The position numbers were made by a program, and so were the translations under genes. A stretch of 64,000 bases of DNA from Enterobacter phage EC-F2: the sequence record MN508624.2; one strand, written 5' to 3'. Each line of letters opens with the position of its first letter. Position 1 is the stretch's first letter. Of this stretch, positions 9,169 to 18,543 are shown piece by piece. The notes under the pieces were generated by a model that worked only from the letters and a program-made list of their open reading frames with translations, had not been told where the DNA came from and searched no databases.

Positions 9169-9378
9169 TTATTTTGCGTTTTTTGCAATCCAGAGAGTCA
9201 GTTTAGGGAATACATTTGCCATTGCCACCACAAACAGCACCCAGAAAGCCAGCTTAATCACACCGATCACGATCAGAGGTGCAAACACAAGCCACCAGGA
9301 AGCATTTGCCATAACCCCGATTGCTGCCAGTTTCAGAGACAGGAGGATCAGGAACACAATAACGAGAATCTTTTTCAT
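9169..9378 (-). CDS. small membrane protein (69 aa)
   Basis: Two TM helices. Confidence 0.4.
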   Translation of the reverse strand: MKKILVIVFLILLSLKLAAIGVMANASWWLVFAPLIVIGVIKLAFWVLFVVAMANVFPKLTLWIAKNAK

Positions 9379-9411
9379 TTCACTATACCTTTGGAGGGGG
9401 CCGAAGCCCCG

Positions 9412-10851
9412 TTAAAATTGAATGTCTGTGCTGTTTGCTACTTCGGCTAACTTACTGCTTCGGTTAGTTTCAGCTTGTTTTACCATAGCACCTTGTGCTT
9501 CTTCAAGCGTTTTCGGCATCTGACGACCTTTATAATCAGATTTGAACCCGATATCGCTGTTGTCGGTATCCATCCAGCGTTGATTACCCTTACGCACTTC
9601 GAGTTTGAAGTGGTTAAAGTGGTTCTTATCGCCGTAACGGGATTTGATCTGCTTGAACAACTGCAAGCCCTGATCAGCTAACTCGTCGGTCTCAATCACA
9701 GCTAACATAAAGTCAGCGGTTGCTGGAAGACCAGCAGATTCGGCAACGTCGCCCATACTGATATCAGAAGCATCCCACGCGGCGCGGGTAGTTTGCGCAC
9801 CAGTCCACATTACGGTATTCGTTTCAACAGCCAAACCGCGAAGTTCTTCGGCAATCGCTTTAACCAGGATGTATGTATTTTCCGCCCCGCGTACACGGGT
9901 AGAAGCACAGATCCCCAGGTAGTCAACAATAATCACATCAGGCACGAAGTTTTTCTTCAATTTAAGCTCTTTAATCAGCGCTTTGAAGTGGTTCGCGTTC
10001 GCCCCTGCTGTTGGGTATTGCTTAACGATTAAACGTCCGACCTTCGACTGTTTGAGGCGTTCCATACGGTTCTTATAGTCCGCATAGGTAATGTTCCCGT
10101 TGTCGATATCGTCAAGTGACACATCAAGCAGGTTAGCGTCAATACGTTTAGAACAAACGTGTTCAGCCATTTCCATACTGATATACAGGACGTTTTTACC
10201 TGATTGCAGGTAATCAGCAGCGAGAGAACAAAGCCCCAAAGATTTACCAACGTTAACACCAGCCATTAAGATGTTCAATGTTCCACGTTCTGCGCCGCCT
10301 TTGGTAATGGCGTTCAGGATCGGGATATTGAAAGCAATCTTCATCGCTTTGGACTGGTAAAGCATCCAGCGTTTTTCATAGTCTTCGAAGTAATCATGAC
10401 CGACCGAACTATCGAAGCTAATCGCTAACGCTTCCGCCATGATGTCAGGGATTGCCCCAACGTCAGGGATTTTGTTGTTGCGTTCTCCAGCAGGTTTTTC
10501 AGCATTCGCCTGGATCTCAATTGCACGGGACAGAGCGCGATACATTGCCTTGTCACGACAATAGGTTTCCGTTTCTTTCATCAACCAGTCCAGATCTTCC
10601 GGCGCATTTTTCATGCTGCGGATCATCTTTTTGGTGTCTTCGTAGACTACATCACTCAGGCTCTTTTTGTCCAGAGCTACTTCTAAAGCAGTTTGTGAAG
10701 GAATGCTGTTGAATTCCTGTACGTGCTTATCCATCAAATCAAAGAGAACTTGCGCATTCCCTTCGAAATATTCACGGCGTAAATGGGGCCACGCCTGAAC
10801 AAAATACGTACCATTAAAAACCAGATTTGAAAATATTGTTTCGACGATCAT
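9412..10851 (-). CDS. 41: DnaB-like replicative DNA helicase gp41
   Basis: Walker A GVNVGKS and RecA-like core; 479 aa versus T4 gp41 475 aa; synteny uvsX-41-61. Confidence 0.9.
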   Translation of the reverse strand: MIVETIFSNLVFNGTYFVQAWPHLRREYFEGNAQVLFDLMDKHVQEFNSIPSQTALEVALDKKSLSDVVYEDTKKMIRSMKNAPEDLDWLMKETETYCRDKAMYRALSRAIEIQANAEKPAGERNNKIPDVGAIPDIMAEALAISFDSSVGHDYFEDYEKRWMLYQSKAMKIAFNIPILNAITKGGAERGTLNILMAGVNVGKSLGLCSLAADYLQSGKNVLYISMEMAEHVCSKRIDANLLDVSLDDIDNGNITYADYKNRMERLKQSKVGRLIVKQYPTAGANANHFKALIKELKLKKNFVPDVIIVDYLGICASTRVRGAENTYILVKAIAEELRGLAVETNTVMWTGAQTTRAAWDASDISMGDVAESAGLPATADFMLAVIETDELADQGLQLFKQIKSRYGDKNHFNHFKLEVRKGNQRWMDTDNSDIGFKSDYKGRQMPKTLEEAQGAMVKQAETNRSSKLAEVANSTDIQF

Positions 10852-10860
10852 TGTTACCTC

Positions 10861-11166
10861 TTAAACCAGATTTGCGAACATCTGAAAGAAATTATACAGC
10901 TTTACTTTCAACGCCGCCCATAAGGTCTTTTCAGGCTTTGGGAGATTAGGCTTGATCTGCGCGTAGATTGCATCGTGAACCAGCGGAATCAGTTTTTCTT
11001 TATCTTCGTCCGGCGTACTGAATTCGACTTTCAAGCCGTTATCCCAATACACTTTATGGATGTACACTAAGTGTGCAACATCGTTTTCATCGTTGATCAA
11101 CAGTTCTTGAATAACGTCCTGCATTGCTTCATCAAGAATGTTCTTTGTTTTTTGTTCAATGTCCAT
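10861..11166 (-). CDS. hypothetical protein (101 aa), occupying the position of T4 gene 40
   Basis: ORF between uvsX and 41. Confidence 0.4.
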   Translation of the reverse strand: MDIEQKTKNILDEAMQDVIQELLINDENDVAHLVYIHKVYWDNGLKVEFSTPDEDKEKLIPLVHDAIYAQIKPNLPKPEKTLWAALKVKLYNFFQMFANLV

Positions 11167-11173
11167 GATTCAC

Positions 11174-11197
11174 CTATTAAAAGGGGGCAAAGCCCCC
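11174..11197 (-). terminator. rho-independent terminator (gggggcaaagccccc)
   Basis: Hairpin plus T-run on the minus strand after the uvsX stop. Confidence 0.45.
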
Positions 11198-11206
11198 AGT
11201 TGTTTA

Positions 11207-12355
11207 TTACTCTTCTGACATATCCACATCATCAGGGATATCGTCATCCAAATCAAATTTATTTGACGGTTCTACTTCATCGTCAGAATAAAGATCTTCG
11301 AGTGCTGCCCCGTCAGTGATCTCTTTGTCAGGAATACGGTATTTTTCCTGAATCGCATCAAGGAATGGCTGGTGAGTGAACAGAGGTTTCCAGAACTCAA
11401 TAGAGTTGGTTTCCGTTTCACGCCATTTCTTATCTTCAACTTCGAGTTCGCCAGTCTCGGTATTCAGGAAAGCACGGTTGCGCCAGCCTTTCGTTACGGT
11501 CTGAACGAAGTTCATTTCCATAGCCAGATCCAGAAGACCAGAGAACATACTGATACCGCCCTCATAGGTAACATGAAGCGGGAATTTGGATTTCTCTTTC
11601 ACGAAGCGAGATTTCTCGATGTTCATGATGAAGTCATAACCGACAACTTCCGTACCTTCTTTCACCTGCTGTTTGCCCAGGATGATCGCGGTATCTGCGG
11701 AATACATCAGACCAGTACCACCGGAAATGACTTTCTTACTGTACATTTCTTGTGTGTCGTATGTGTGACAGATACACACCATTGGAATATCCAGATCCGC
11801 CAGGTAAGGCGTAACCATACGGAACATACCTTTAAGTGCTTTAGCGCGGGTCATGTCCTGTTTGTCGTTGTCAGACAGGGCATCAGCCAGTTCTTTTTTA
11901 CTCGCGGTGTTGCCTACAGAGTCCACAAAAATGATCACTTTGTCGCCGCGTTCCAGCGCGTTAAGCTGGCTCACAACGTCATTTCGAAGTTGCTCAACTG
12001 TCGTGATACGAGTATACACCACACGATCGGGGTCAACGCCCATTGATTTCAGGTAAGACTTAGTTACGCCTTTCTCTGAATCATAGAACAGACACACAGC
12101 ATCCTCATTCGCTTTGAGGTACGCCGCAACCGTCACCAGCCCCAGATTCGATTTAAAGTGTTTTGACGGGCCAGCAAACAGAGTTAAGCCGGAAGTCAGA
12201 CCACCATCGAAAGCGCCGGACAGCGCCAGGTTCAGGATCGGTACACGGGTTCGAGTTTTGGTGATGTTATTGAAAACATCGCTTTCAGACAGAATTGACG
12301 CAGATTGACTATTCGAGTTTTTGATCAGTTTTTTCAGGAGTGCTTTATTAGACAT
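11207..12355 (-). CDS. uvsX: UvsX RecA-like recombinase
   Basis: LFAGPSKHFKSNLGL...DAVCLFYDSE...VIIFVDSVGN closely parallels T4 UvsX (ILAGPSKSFKSNFGL...DAVCLFYDSE); 382 aa. Confidence 0.9.
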   Translation of the reverse strand: MSNKALLKKLIKNSNSQSASILSESDVFNNITKTRTRVPILNLALSGAFDGGLTSGLTLFAGPSKHFKSNLGLVTVAAYLKANEDAVCLFYDSEKGVTKSYLKSMGVDPDRVVYTRITTVEQLRNDVVSQLNALERGDKVIIFVDSVGNTASKKELADALSDNDKQDMTRAKALKGMFRMVTPYLADLDIPMVCICHTYDTQEMYSKKVISGGTGLMYSADTAIILGKQQVKEGTEVVGYDFIMNIEKSRFVKEKSKFPLHVTYEGGISMFSGLLDLAMEMNFVQTVTKGWRNRAFLNTETGELEVEDKKWRETETNSIEFWKPLFTHQPFLDAIQEKYRIPDKEITDGAALEDLYSDDEVEPSNKFDLDDDIPDDVDMSEE

Positions 12356-12399
12356 TTATTTTTCCGGTTTATATACACGCATAATATATTCCTCACAAA

Positions 12400-12430
12400 T
12401 TTATATAAATGGGGCATTTCTGCCCCGTCA
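12400..12430 (-). terminator. terminator hairpin (ggggcatttctgcccc) after the gp43 stop, with an adjacent TATAAAT late-promoter-like box for uvsX
   Basis: Hairpin at 12411-12426; the minus-strand reading gives tTATATAAATt immediately downstream. Confidence 0.4.
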
Positions 12431-12434
12431 GGTC

Positions 12435-15140
12435 TTACCAGTCATCACCGAACAGAGTGTTCAGGGATGCGCGTTTTTCGTAATCAATTTTACATGCTTC
12501 CGTGATGTTTTGCAACGGGCTAACCACATGTTTTTCAAATAATCCGCCATAGTCTACCCACTTCAAAATATCTTCTTCGATCTCAGTTGGTAAACGCGTA
12601 CCGGATTGCCATGCGATGCAATCAGCTTGCCACGGGTTTTTATCTCGCAACGGCAGAACCATCACCTTTTCACCTTCCATGATCGGGGTGATTCCTTGAA
12701 TACCCTTCGTATGGCGGTTAAAGAACAGAACGCCTTTGATGTGGTTTGGTGTCCCTTTGATTGGGAAGCCAGCACCATCATTATATTTTGAGATATTGTT
12801 AGCAGATGATACACCAGCTATTTCTCGGTAGTCAAGCGCCTTATACTCTTCTTCAAATACTTTGAAGTGTTCGTGTAAGGATTCTTCACCTTCTTGCAGG
12901 ATGCGACGGATCGCTTCTTTCAAGAACTTTTTAACCGCTGTCGGTGTACTGCTTCGCTGGGTTTCCATTCCCATGATCTTTAATTTAGGCTTCTCGTAGC
13001 GGGTTCCTTCGGAGTCCCATACGTTAGCCGCATATCGTTTCTTAGCCGTCCAGAAACTACCCAGACCTTTCGATCCTAGAGGTGGTCCAGAAATGATTTC
13101 GCGATCCATAAACATCAGATGTTCGACGTTGTTCATGTACTCACACAGTTCGCGGTAGCCCTTATCAATGATAGGTTCCATGCGTTCTTTACTGAACTTA
13201 TCCAGGAAGTCAACCCAATGGTTGTTATCCCTGAACTTACTTTCACCGCCGACTTTCGCGATCACGTTATCCATACAAACATAAATGGAGTCGGTGTCAC
13301 AGTAGCGCACGTATGCGTAATCCGTGGTGTTGCACAGTTCGTTAAGGTATTCGTTAACCTTACGTTCAATCCACTGAATAGCCAACTGACCGAACATGGT
13401 GATCGCGCTTGCGTTTCGAATATCGAAGTACCGGAAGTGTTCATTACCCAACGCACCATAAAGGGAGTTGATTGAAATCTTACGGTTAAGCTGTGCGGTG
13501 TTTGCTTGTGCGATCTTCTTCTCACAAACTTTCTTCACGGCTTTAAGCATTTGCTTAGACAGCGTTTTCAGTACAGCTTTTGATTCATCACTGAAATCTT
13601 CGTAGAACTCGAAATCAGGGTTGATCATTTGATTGTGCGCGTCCGTCAGGTGTTCAAGTTCGTGCTTAATCAGTTCGAGATTTCGCTCACCCGCCATCAT
13701 TCGTTTTTTCCACGTCTTACGCTGATCAAATACTTTCTTGATCTCGACCGGAATCACGCCTTTAACATCGCGTCGGAACATCCACCCGTTAGGAGAGCAG
13801 CTAAATTCATCGCTAGGGCGCGGCGCAGTCTTATTGATGTATTCGTGCATCGGACGCACTGCAAAGCTGTTAGCGATTGTCTCAGGGCTTATATTCACCT
13901 GTCGGATGATAGATGGATACAGACTGGTTAAGTCGAACGATACAATGTATTTGTACGGAGCGACAACCGGATCTTTAACGTATGCACCATCATACTGCGT
14001 TTTCGTGTGGCGTTTATTTTCTGGGATTACTTTCTTCTCTTCACGCAGAGAGTTGTAAATGATCGCGTCCCACGTTTTAAGCGGAGACATAACCCCAGGG
14101 AAGTTTATTTTCGCATAGTACGCTACAGACAGAACCAGTTCGATAAAGTTGCGTTTCCCGTCGATATCCAACACGCGGATAACGTCAACGATGTTATACG
14201 TGATGTATTTCTGGTGATCCGCTTGACGCAGTTCAGACAGTGAACCTTCGTAATCAACTTTGTTTTTGCCTGTTTCGAACTCAGCGATTGCGCCCAGAGC
14301 GTAAGACGGTTGCGGGGTGAAACTGAATTTCTTATAGAGATCCATTCCATCCATTTGAGAAACGCCGTAAATCTCGTATCCCAGTTGTTCATTCCCATAA
14401 TGGTCGGTTGTTGTCTTCGCAGTCACTTTCCCGAACGGGCTGAAATGACGAACAACGTTTTGCCCGAAGATGTTCAGGTAACGGGTGATGATATACGCGA
14501 TATCGAATTTGTTCGAGTTCCAGCCCGTAACAATAACAGGTGTCCGCTCTTTCCAGTCTTTGATATAAGCAGACATCAGCGACTTTTCGGTCTGGAATGA
14601 ACGGTAAACAATTTTCTTCAAATCTTCTTCGCTGATCTCTTTTTCGGTATCAACTTTCGACGCTACCCACTCGTCTAACCCGCCCTCGACCAGATCATAC
14701 ACAAAGAATTTATCTTCAACGCTGTCATAGTGGGTGATTGCGTCGATAGCGTATTTTGCTTCGCGTGGATCAGGGAATTCAGGCGCGGTAACTTCGATAT
14801 CAAGTGAAGCAATACGGATCTTGTCGCGATCGTAGTTGATTTCCTTTCTGTAAGAATCGGAGATATACGCCAGCCTGAAATCATCCATGCCTAGCGCTTC
14901 CATACCTACATCTTTCATTCGCTGCATCCAGTTTTTCGCTTCCTTGATGCTGTCGAAGTTCTTTTTGATGCAGGTCTTGCCGTAAATGTCGCGATACGGC
15001 GAGTCTACACCCGCCATAGCGTGTTGAAACATTGTAGGCGCATATTTTGTTTTGCGAACCTGTTCGCGTCCCTCAGAGTCAATGAAGCGCTCGTAGATGT
15101 GATCGCCCATTTGCTCAACGGATAGATAAAATTCATTCAT
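12435..15140 (-). CDS. 43: DNA polymerase gp43 (family B, with 3'-5' exonuclease domain)
   Basis: Collinear with T4 gp43 over its whole length (e.g. YGDTDS motif at ...YCDTDSIYVC, KKRYA); 901 aa versus T4 898 aa. Confidence 0.95.
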   Translation of the reverse strand: MNEFYLSVEQMGDHIYERFIDSEGREQVRKTKYAPTMFQHAMAGVDSPYRDIYGKTCIKKNFDSIKEAKNWMQRMKDVGMEALGMDDFRLAYISDSYRKEINYDRDKIRIASLDIEVTAPEFPDPREAKYAIDAITHYDSVEDKFFVYDLVEGGLDEWVASKVDTEKEISEEDLKKIVYRSFQTEKSLMSAYIKDWKERTPVIVTGWNSNKFDIAYIITRYLNIFGQNVVRHFSPFGKVTAKTTTDHYGNEQLGYEIYGVSQMDGMDLYKKFSFTPQPSYALGAIAEFETGKNKVDYEGSLSELRQADHQKYITYNIVDVIRVLDIDGKRNFIELVLSVAYYAKINFPGVMSPLKTWDAIIYNSLREEKKVIPENKRHTKTQYDGAYVKDPVVAPYKYIVSFDLTSLYPSIIRQVNISPETIANSFAVRPMHEYINKTAPRPSDEFSCSPNGWMFRRDVKGVIPVEIKKVFDQRKTWKKRMMAGERNLELIKHELEHLTDAHNQMINPDFEFYEDFSDESKAVLKTLSKQMLKAVKKVCEKKIAQANTAQLNRKISINSLYGALGNEHFRYFDIRNASAITMFGQLAIQWIERKVNEYLNELCNTTDYAYVRYCDTDSIYVCMDNVIAKVGGESKFRDNNHWVDFLDKFSKERMEPIIDKGYRELCEYMNNVEHLMFMDREIISGPPLGSKGLGSFWTAKKRYAANVWDSEGTRYEKPKLKIMGMETQRSSTPTAVKKFLKEAIRRILQEGEESLHEHFKVFEEEYKALDYREIAGVSSANNISKYNDGAGFPIKGTPNHIKGVLFFNRHTKGIQGITPIMEGEKVMVLPLRDKNPWQADCIAWQSGTRLPTEIEEDILKWVDYGGLFEKHVVSPLQNITEACKIDYEKRASLNTLFGDDW

Positions 15141-15450
15141 TACGGTTTTCTTTCTCCGTGTTTAATCGTGACAGGAATGATACCCCAGCCAGCTTGATCA
15201 GATCAAGTGAACGTTGCGCTAATTTGTGATAGCGTTGGGTGTCTGGTCGATTTAGGTTTTCAACCAGTGCGGTATATTCTTCCATGATACGGGTATAGAA
15301 TTTAGGGAAATGATCCCGCGCATATGCGTAGGTGCGCAGGTCAGAGAGATTGCAAGTAAGAGACAGTTTGATGTCTTCGCTATGCAGACGGTTGATCAGA
15401 TGATCGCCTGATTCGATAGCTTTGATGATTTCTTCAATACGAATTTTCAT
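15133..15450 (-). CDS. hypothetical protein (105 aa)
   Basis: ORF between regA and 43. Confidence 0.4.
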   Translation of the reverse strand: MKIRIEEIIKAIESGDHLINRLHSEDIKLSLTCNLSDLRTYAYARDHFPKFYTRIMEEYTALVENLNRPDTQRYHKLAQRSLDLIKLAGVSFLSRLNTEKENRNE

Positions 15451-15482
15451 AATTTAGTCCTCACAAGTGGTATGTAACCAAT

Positions 15483-15514
15483 ATAACAAAGCCCCTGCAT
15501 TTCTGCAAGGGCTT
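15483..15514 (-). terminator. rho-independent terminator (agcccctgcatttctgcaagggct)
   Basis: Long perfect hairpin after the regA stop. Confidence 0.45.
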
Positions 15515-15518
15515 TTGA

Positions 15519-15887
15519 TTAATGACCGATACGGTACTTGTATTTCAAAGTCCATTCAGCTTTTTGTGCGTGAGTCAATACACGGAAGTTATTCTCTTCG
15601 GAGAATTTCAGATCCGGCGTAAGGATGGAAACCATACCCCACTCTTCCAGAAGTCGCGCAATGTTATTGCGGCGCAGTTCGTCATCTTCGGTCATGTCAA
15701 CCTGGCGACCGTCCAGCTTCAACAGTTCTTTGAAGTGTACGATAAAATAACGCCCTTGTTTCTGTAGGATGTGGCAAGACTGCCACAGCATTTTCTTTTT
15801 GTTATTTGCGATCCCGATACGGGTCAGCGTTTCGCGAATTTTCAGGAAACTGTCATCGCTGGACAGTTTAATTTCGAGCATGTTCAT
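15519..15887 (-). CDS. regA: translational repressor RegA
   Basis: 122 aa, exactly the T4 RegA length; ...ETLTRIGIANNKKKMLWQSCHILQKQGRYFIVHFKE... is near-collinear with T4 RegA. Confidence 0.85.
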   Translation of the reverse strand: MNMLEIKLSSDDSFLKIRETLTRIGIANNKKKMLWQSCHILQKQGRYFIVHFKELLKLDGRQVDMTEDDELRRNNIARLLEEWGMVSILTPDLKFSEENNFRVLTHAQKAEWTLKYKYRIGH

Positions 15888-15890
15888 ACA

Positions 15891-16463
15891 TCACCATTTC
15901 TTTATTAGTTGTTCAACCTTTTTCTGGTCGGTTTTATTTTTCACAACATCAGCCAACACAGATAAAGCAACTTTCATATTTTTCCGCTTCCACTCGTCCA
16001 GTTTTTCAAGCTGTTTGAGTTCTTCGTAATATTCCATTGCTATACGTGTATTTACACCGTATCGTTTTTGGAGAACATGAAGGATAACTTTCATTTCGTT
16101 ATCTTCGGTGAGTTTAGCCCACGCCCCGAACCGCTTACCTTTGCGCACCGTATGCAGGTAATAATCAAAGTGCGCCTGGTCTGGTAAACCGGAACCGATC
16201 ATATTCATCGTGTATGCAGGTATCAGCGTTTCGATATGCTGGCTCATTGCATTGTCGATGAAAAACTTATCGTATGAATCAAGGGAAGAGATCCGCAATG
16301 GTGTCTTCCCGTTGTTCAGTTCTTCGAGTACCATAAACAAGGTGTTTTCCTTGTCTTTGGTGTACTCTTTCAAAAGTTCTTCGATCTTGTCCCAGTCTTT
16401 AGAACGCCAGGCCGCTTCATGTTCGTTCAGTTCTTCTTCATCGAGAAAAGCAGCCAGTGACAT
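15891..16463 (-). CDS. 62: clamp-loader small subunit gp62
   Basis: 190 aa versus T4 187 aa; position between regA and 44. Confidence 0.7.
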   Translation of the reverse strand: MSLAAFLDEEELNEHEAAWRSKDWDKIEELLKEYTKDKENTLFMVLEELNNGKTPLRISSLDSYDKFFIDNAMSQHIETLIPAYTMNMIGSGLPDQAHFDYYLHTVRKGKRFGAWAKLTEDNEMKVILHVLQKRYGVNTRIAMEYYEELKQLEKLDEWKRKNMKVALSVLADVVKNKTDQKKVEQLIKKW

Positions 16464-16464
16464 T

Positions 16465-17463
16465 TTAAGCCTCCCACGCGAGGGTAAGCATTAAGCCCAT
16501 GAACAGGTATTGCAGGTGAATCTCTTTGTTCACTGCCAGCCCGTACTGTGCGTTGTTTTCGCCTACTGCCTGAATGAGTGCAACCTTAGATTCGTTGGTG
16601 ACGATCGGGTATACCGCATCCAGAAGTTTAGCCAGGAAAGTTTCATACTCAGGCGCGTACTTGATTGCTTCGGCTCGCAGTGCTTTGAAGTTCTTCGCTT
16701 TAAGCCCCTCAATCACTGGTGTGATGTCCGAACCAACAATCTCAGACAGAATACCAGCATCAATTTTGCCACGCTTAGAATAGAACCCAAGAGCTTTAAC
16801 GATGGATCGCGCGTCTGGGTAGTGCTTCTTAACGAATCCGGCGATCACCTGCTGGTCATATTCGATTTTCTCGATTTCGAGGATACCGAAACAACGTTTG
16901 ATCATTTGCTTCATCAGTTCAACGCGTTCTTCCTTCGACGGGGAACCGAACTTGACTACCGGACAGCGGGAGATCAGCGCAGGGTGAATCCCGTTGATGT
17001 TGTTCGCGGTGATGATAACAGTAACGTTCTTGCTGTACGCTTCGATAAAGCTACGCATGTGCTTCTGTGCTTCTGCCATGCCAGGGCGATCGAATTCGTC
17101 AATCAGAATGATTTTACCGCCTTTCTTCTGCGTCATAGAGGACGCGTAACGATCCAGTTCGTTACGGATGAAGTTCACACCACAATCGGAACCGTTGACA
17201 AACATCACTTCCGCATCAACTTCGTTAGCCAGAACCAGCGCCAGCGTTGTTTTACCCGTACCTGGGGAATCAGAAACCAGAGTCATGTTGTCGATGCGTC
17301 CAGACTTGATGAAGCCGCGCATCGTCGCTTTATCAGCAGCAGGGAGAATGCATTCATCGATCGTCGTCGGGCGATAGCGCTGATCCCATGCGAATTCTTC
17401 GGGAGACTGGGAGATTTTGCCGTATTTGGTTTCGATTAACTGTACGTTTTCACTAAGTTCCAT
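16465..17463 (-). CDS. 44: clamp-loader large subunit gp44 (AAA+)
   Basis: Walker A SPGTGKTT and AAA+ organisation; 332 aa versus T4 319 aa; synteny. Confidence 0.9.
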   Translation of the reverse strand: MELSENVQLIETKYGKISQSPEEFAWDQRYRPTTIDECILPAADKATMRGFIKSGRIDNMTLVSDSPGTGKTTLALVLANEVDAEVMFVNGSDCGVNFIRNELDRYASSMTQKKGGKIILIDEFDRPGMAEAQKHMRSFIEAYSKNVTVIITANNINGIHPALISRCPVVKFGSPSKEERVELMKQMIKRCFGILEIEKIEYDQQVIAGFVKKHYPDARSIVKALGFYSKRGKIDAGILSEIVGSDITPVIEGLKAKNFKALRAEAIKYAPEYETFLAKLLDAVYPIVTNESKVALIQAVGENNAQYGLAVNKEIHLQYLFMGLMLTLAWEA

Positions 17464-17483
17464 AATATTACCTTCAATTGATT

Positions 17484-17508
17484 ATCAAAAAGGGGCTTAA
17501 CGCCCCTT
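17484..17508 (-). terminator. rho-independent terminator (aggggcttaacgcccct) between 45 and 44
   Basis: Hairpin plus T-run on the minus strand after the gp45 stop. Confidence 0.5.
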
Positions 17509-17527
17509 GTGTACTGCTTTGTTTATC

Positions 17528-18199
17528 TTACTTGAACTGGCTGGTTGCTTCAAGTACCACTACATACGCAACGCCGTTTTCGGACGAGAATTTCGCAGCG
17601 CCGCGAGAAGAGATTTCAACTTTGTAATCGCTGTTGATGAACTGCATGTTGTCAATCTTCATATCGAAATTGAACATGTTATCACCTTCGTAATCGCCCA
17701 CTTCTACCGAGAAGGTTGACTGGCTTTCTTTACTTTTCGCGGTGATTACCAGCTTGCCGTTGATTGGCTCAACAGACAGGTCGGTCAGTTTCATCATGCG
17801 TGACGCTTTGATCAGTTTTTCGAAATCGTTCGCGCTAATCTGGAAAATCAGATCCGCAACTGGCATTTCCAGACGCTTCTTAGGCTGTACGATTGTGGTT
17901 GGATCGCTTGAACGCTCAACGATTTTCATTTTCTCACCACGAATGACGATTTCGCCAGTGGACAGATCGTGAGTTACTTCGGCATCAGTGCCTACAACGT
18001 TCAGCATGTTCAGGAATGAGTTCAGATCGTAGATACCTACATCTTCGTCAATTACGTCAGAAATCGTTGCTTCTGCGTAAACTACGCTGTTGATGGATTT
18101 CGTCATAATGAACGAACCCTTTTTCAGCATTACAGACGGGTTGATCTGGGAGAAGTTTTTCAGGATATCGATCGTTTGTTTAGAGAATTTCATATTCAA
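17528..18199 (-). CDS. 45: sliding clamp gp45
   Basis: MKFSKQTIDILKNFSQINPSVMLKKGSFIMTKSINSVVYAEATIS... is collinear with T4 gp45 (MKLSKDTTALLKNFATINSGIMLKSGQFIMTRAVNGTTYAEANIS); 223 aa. Confidence 0.9.
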   Translation of the reverse strand: MNMKFSKQTIDILKNFSQINPSVMLKKGSFIMTKSINSVVYAEATISDVIDEDVGIYDLNSFLNMLNVVGTDAEVTHDLSTGEIVIRGEKMKIVERSSDPTTIVQPKKRLEMPVADLIFQISANDFEKLIKASRMMKLTDLSVEPINGKLVITAKSKESQSTFSVEVGDYEGDNMFNFDMKIDNMQFINSDYKVEISSRGAAKFSSENGVAYVVVLEATSQFK

Positions 18200-18213
18200 C
18201 CTATAGTTTTCAA

Positions 18214-18498
18214 TTAGGCAAAAGTGCCGTTAATCAGGGATTCTACAACGCGATCCGCCGCATTGTCAAGGAATTCTTTGCTTTTGGACTCGTTGATTTT
18301 CGTACCCGCTTCGCGAGCGTCGTGAATCAGTCCGGTATGTACTGCGCTTACTGCTTCGTCGATCCGTTTGTAATGCTCAAAGCGTTCAGCTTGAGGCATC
18401 GCACGGAAAATCTCTTTGATGTTTTCCGGCACTTTACCTACCCAGGATTTGCGAACGTTGTTCAGATGCGCTACATATACGTTTTGTTCTAAATTCAT
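18214..18498 (-). CDS. hypothetical protein (94 aa); position of T4 rpbA/45.2
   Basis: ORF between gp32 and gp45. Confidence 0.4.
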   Translation of the reverse strand: MNLEQNVYVAHLNNVRKSWVGKVPENIKEIFRAMPQAERFEHYKRIDEAVSAVHTGLIHDAREAGTKINESKSKEFLDNAADRVVESLINGTFA

Positions 18499-18514
18499 AT
18501 CTACCTCAAACTTT

Positions 18515-18537
18515 CAAATTGGGGGCTTTCGCCCCCG
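18515..18537 (-). terminator. terminator hairpin (gggggctttcgccccc) after the gp32 stop
   Basis: Perfect GC hairpin; the downstream U-run is weak. Confidence 0.4.
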
Positions 18538-18543
18538 TAAGCA

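Noticed and set aside
11372-12046. 224-aa plus-strand ORF inside uvsX. The same applies to 16510-17439 inside gene 44, 58048-58824 inside the vWA gene, 26387-27652 inside the J-domain gene, and 3455-4075 inside dda.
   Set aside because: Antisense shadow ORFs within well-supported genes; no independent start signals.
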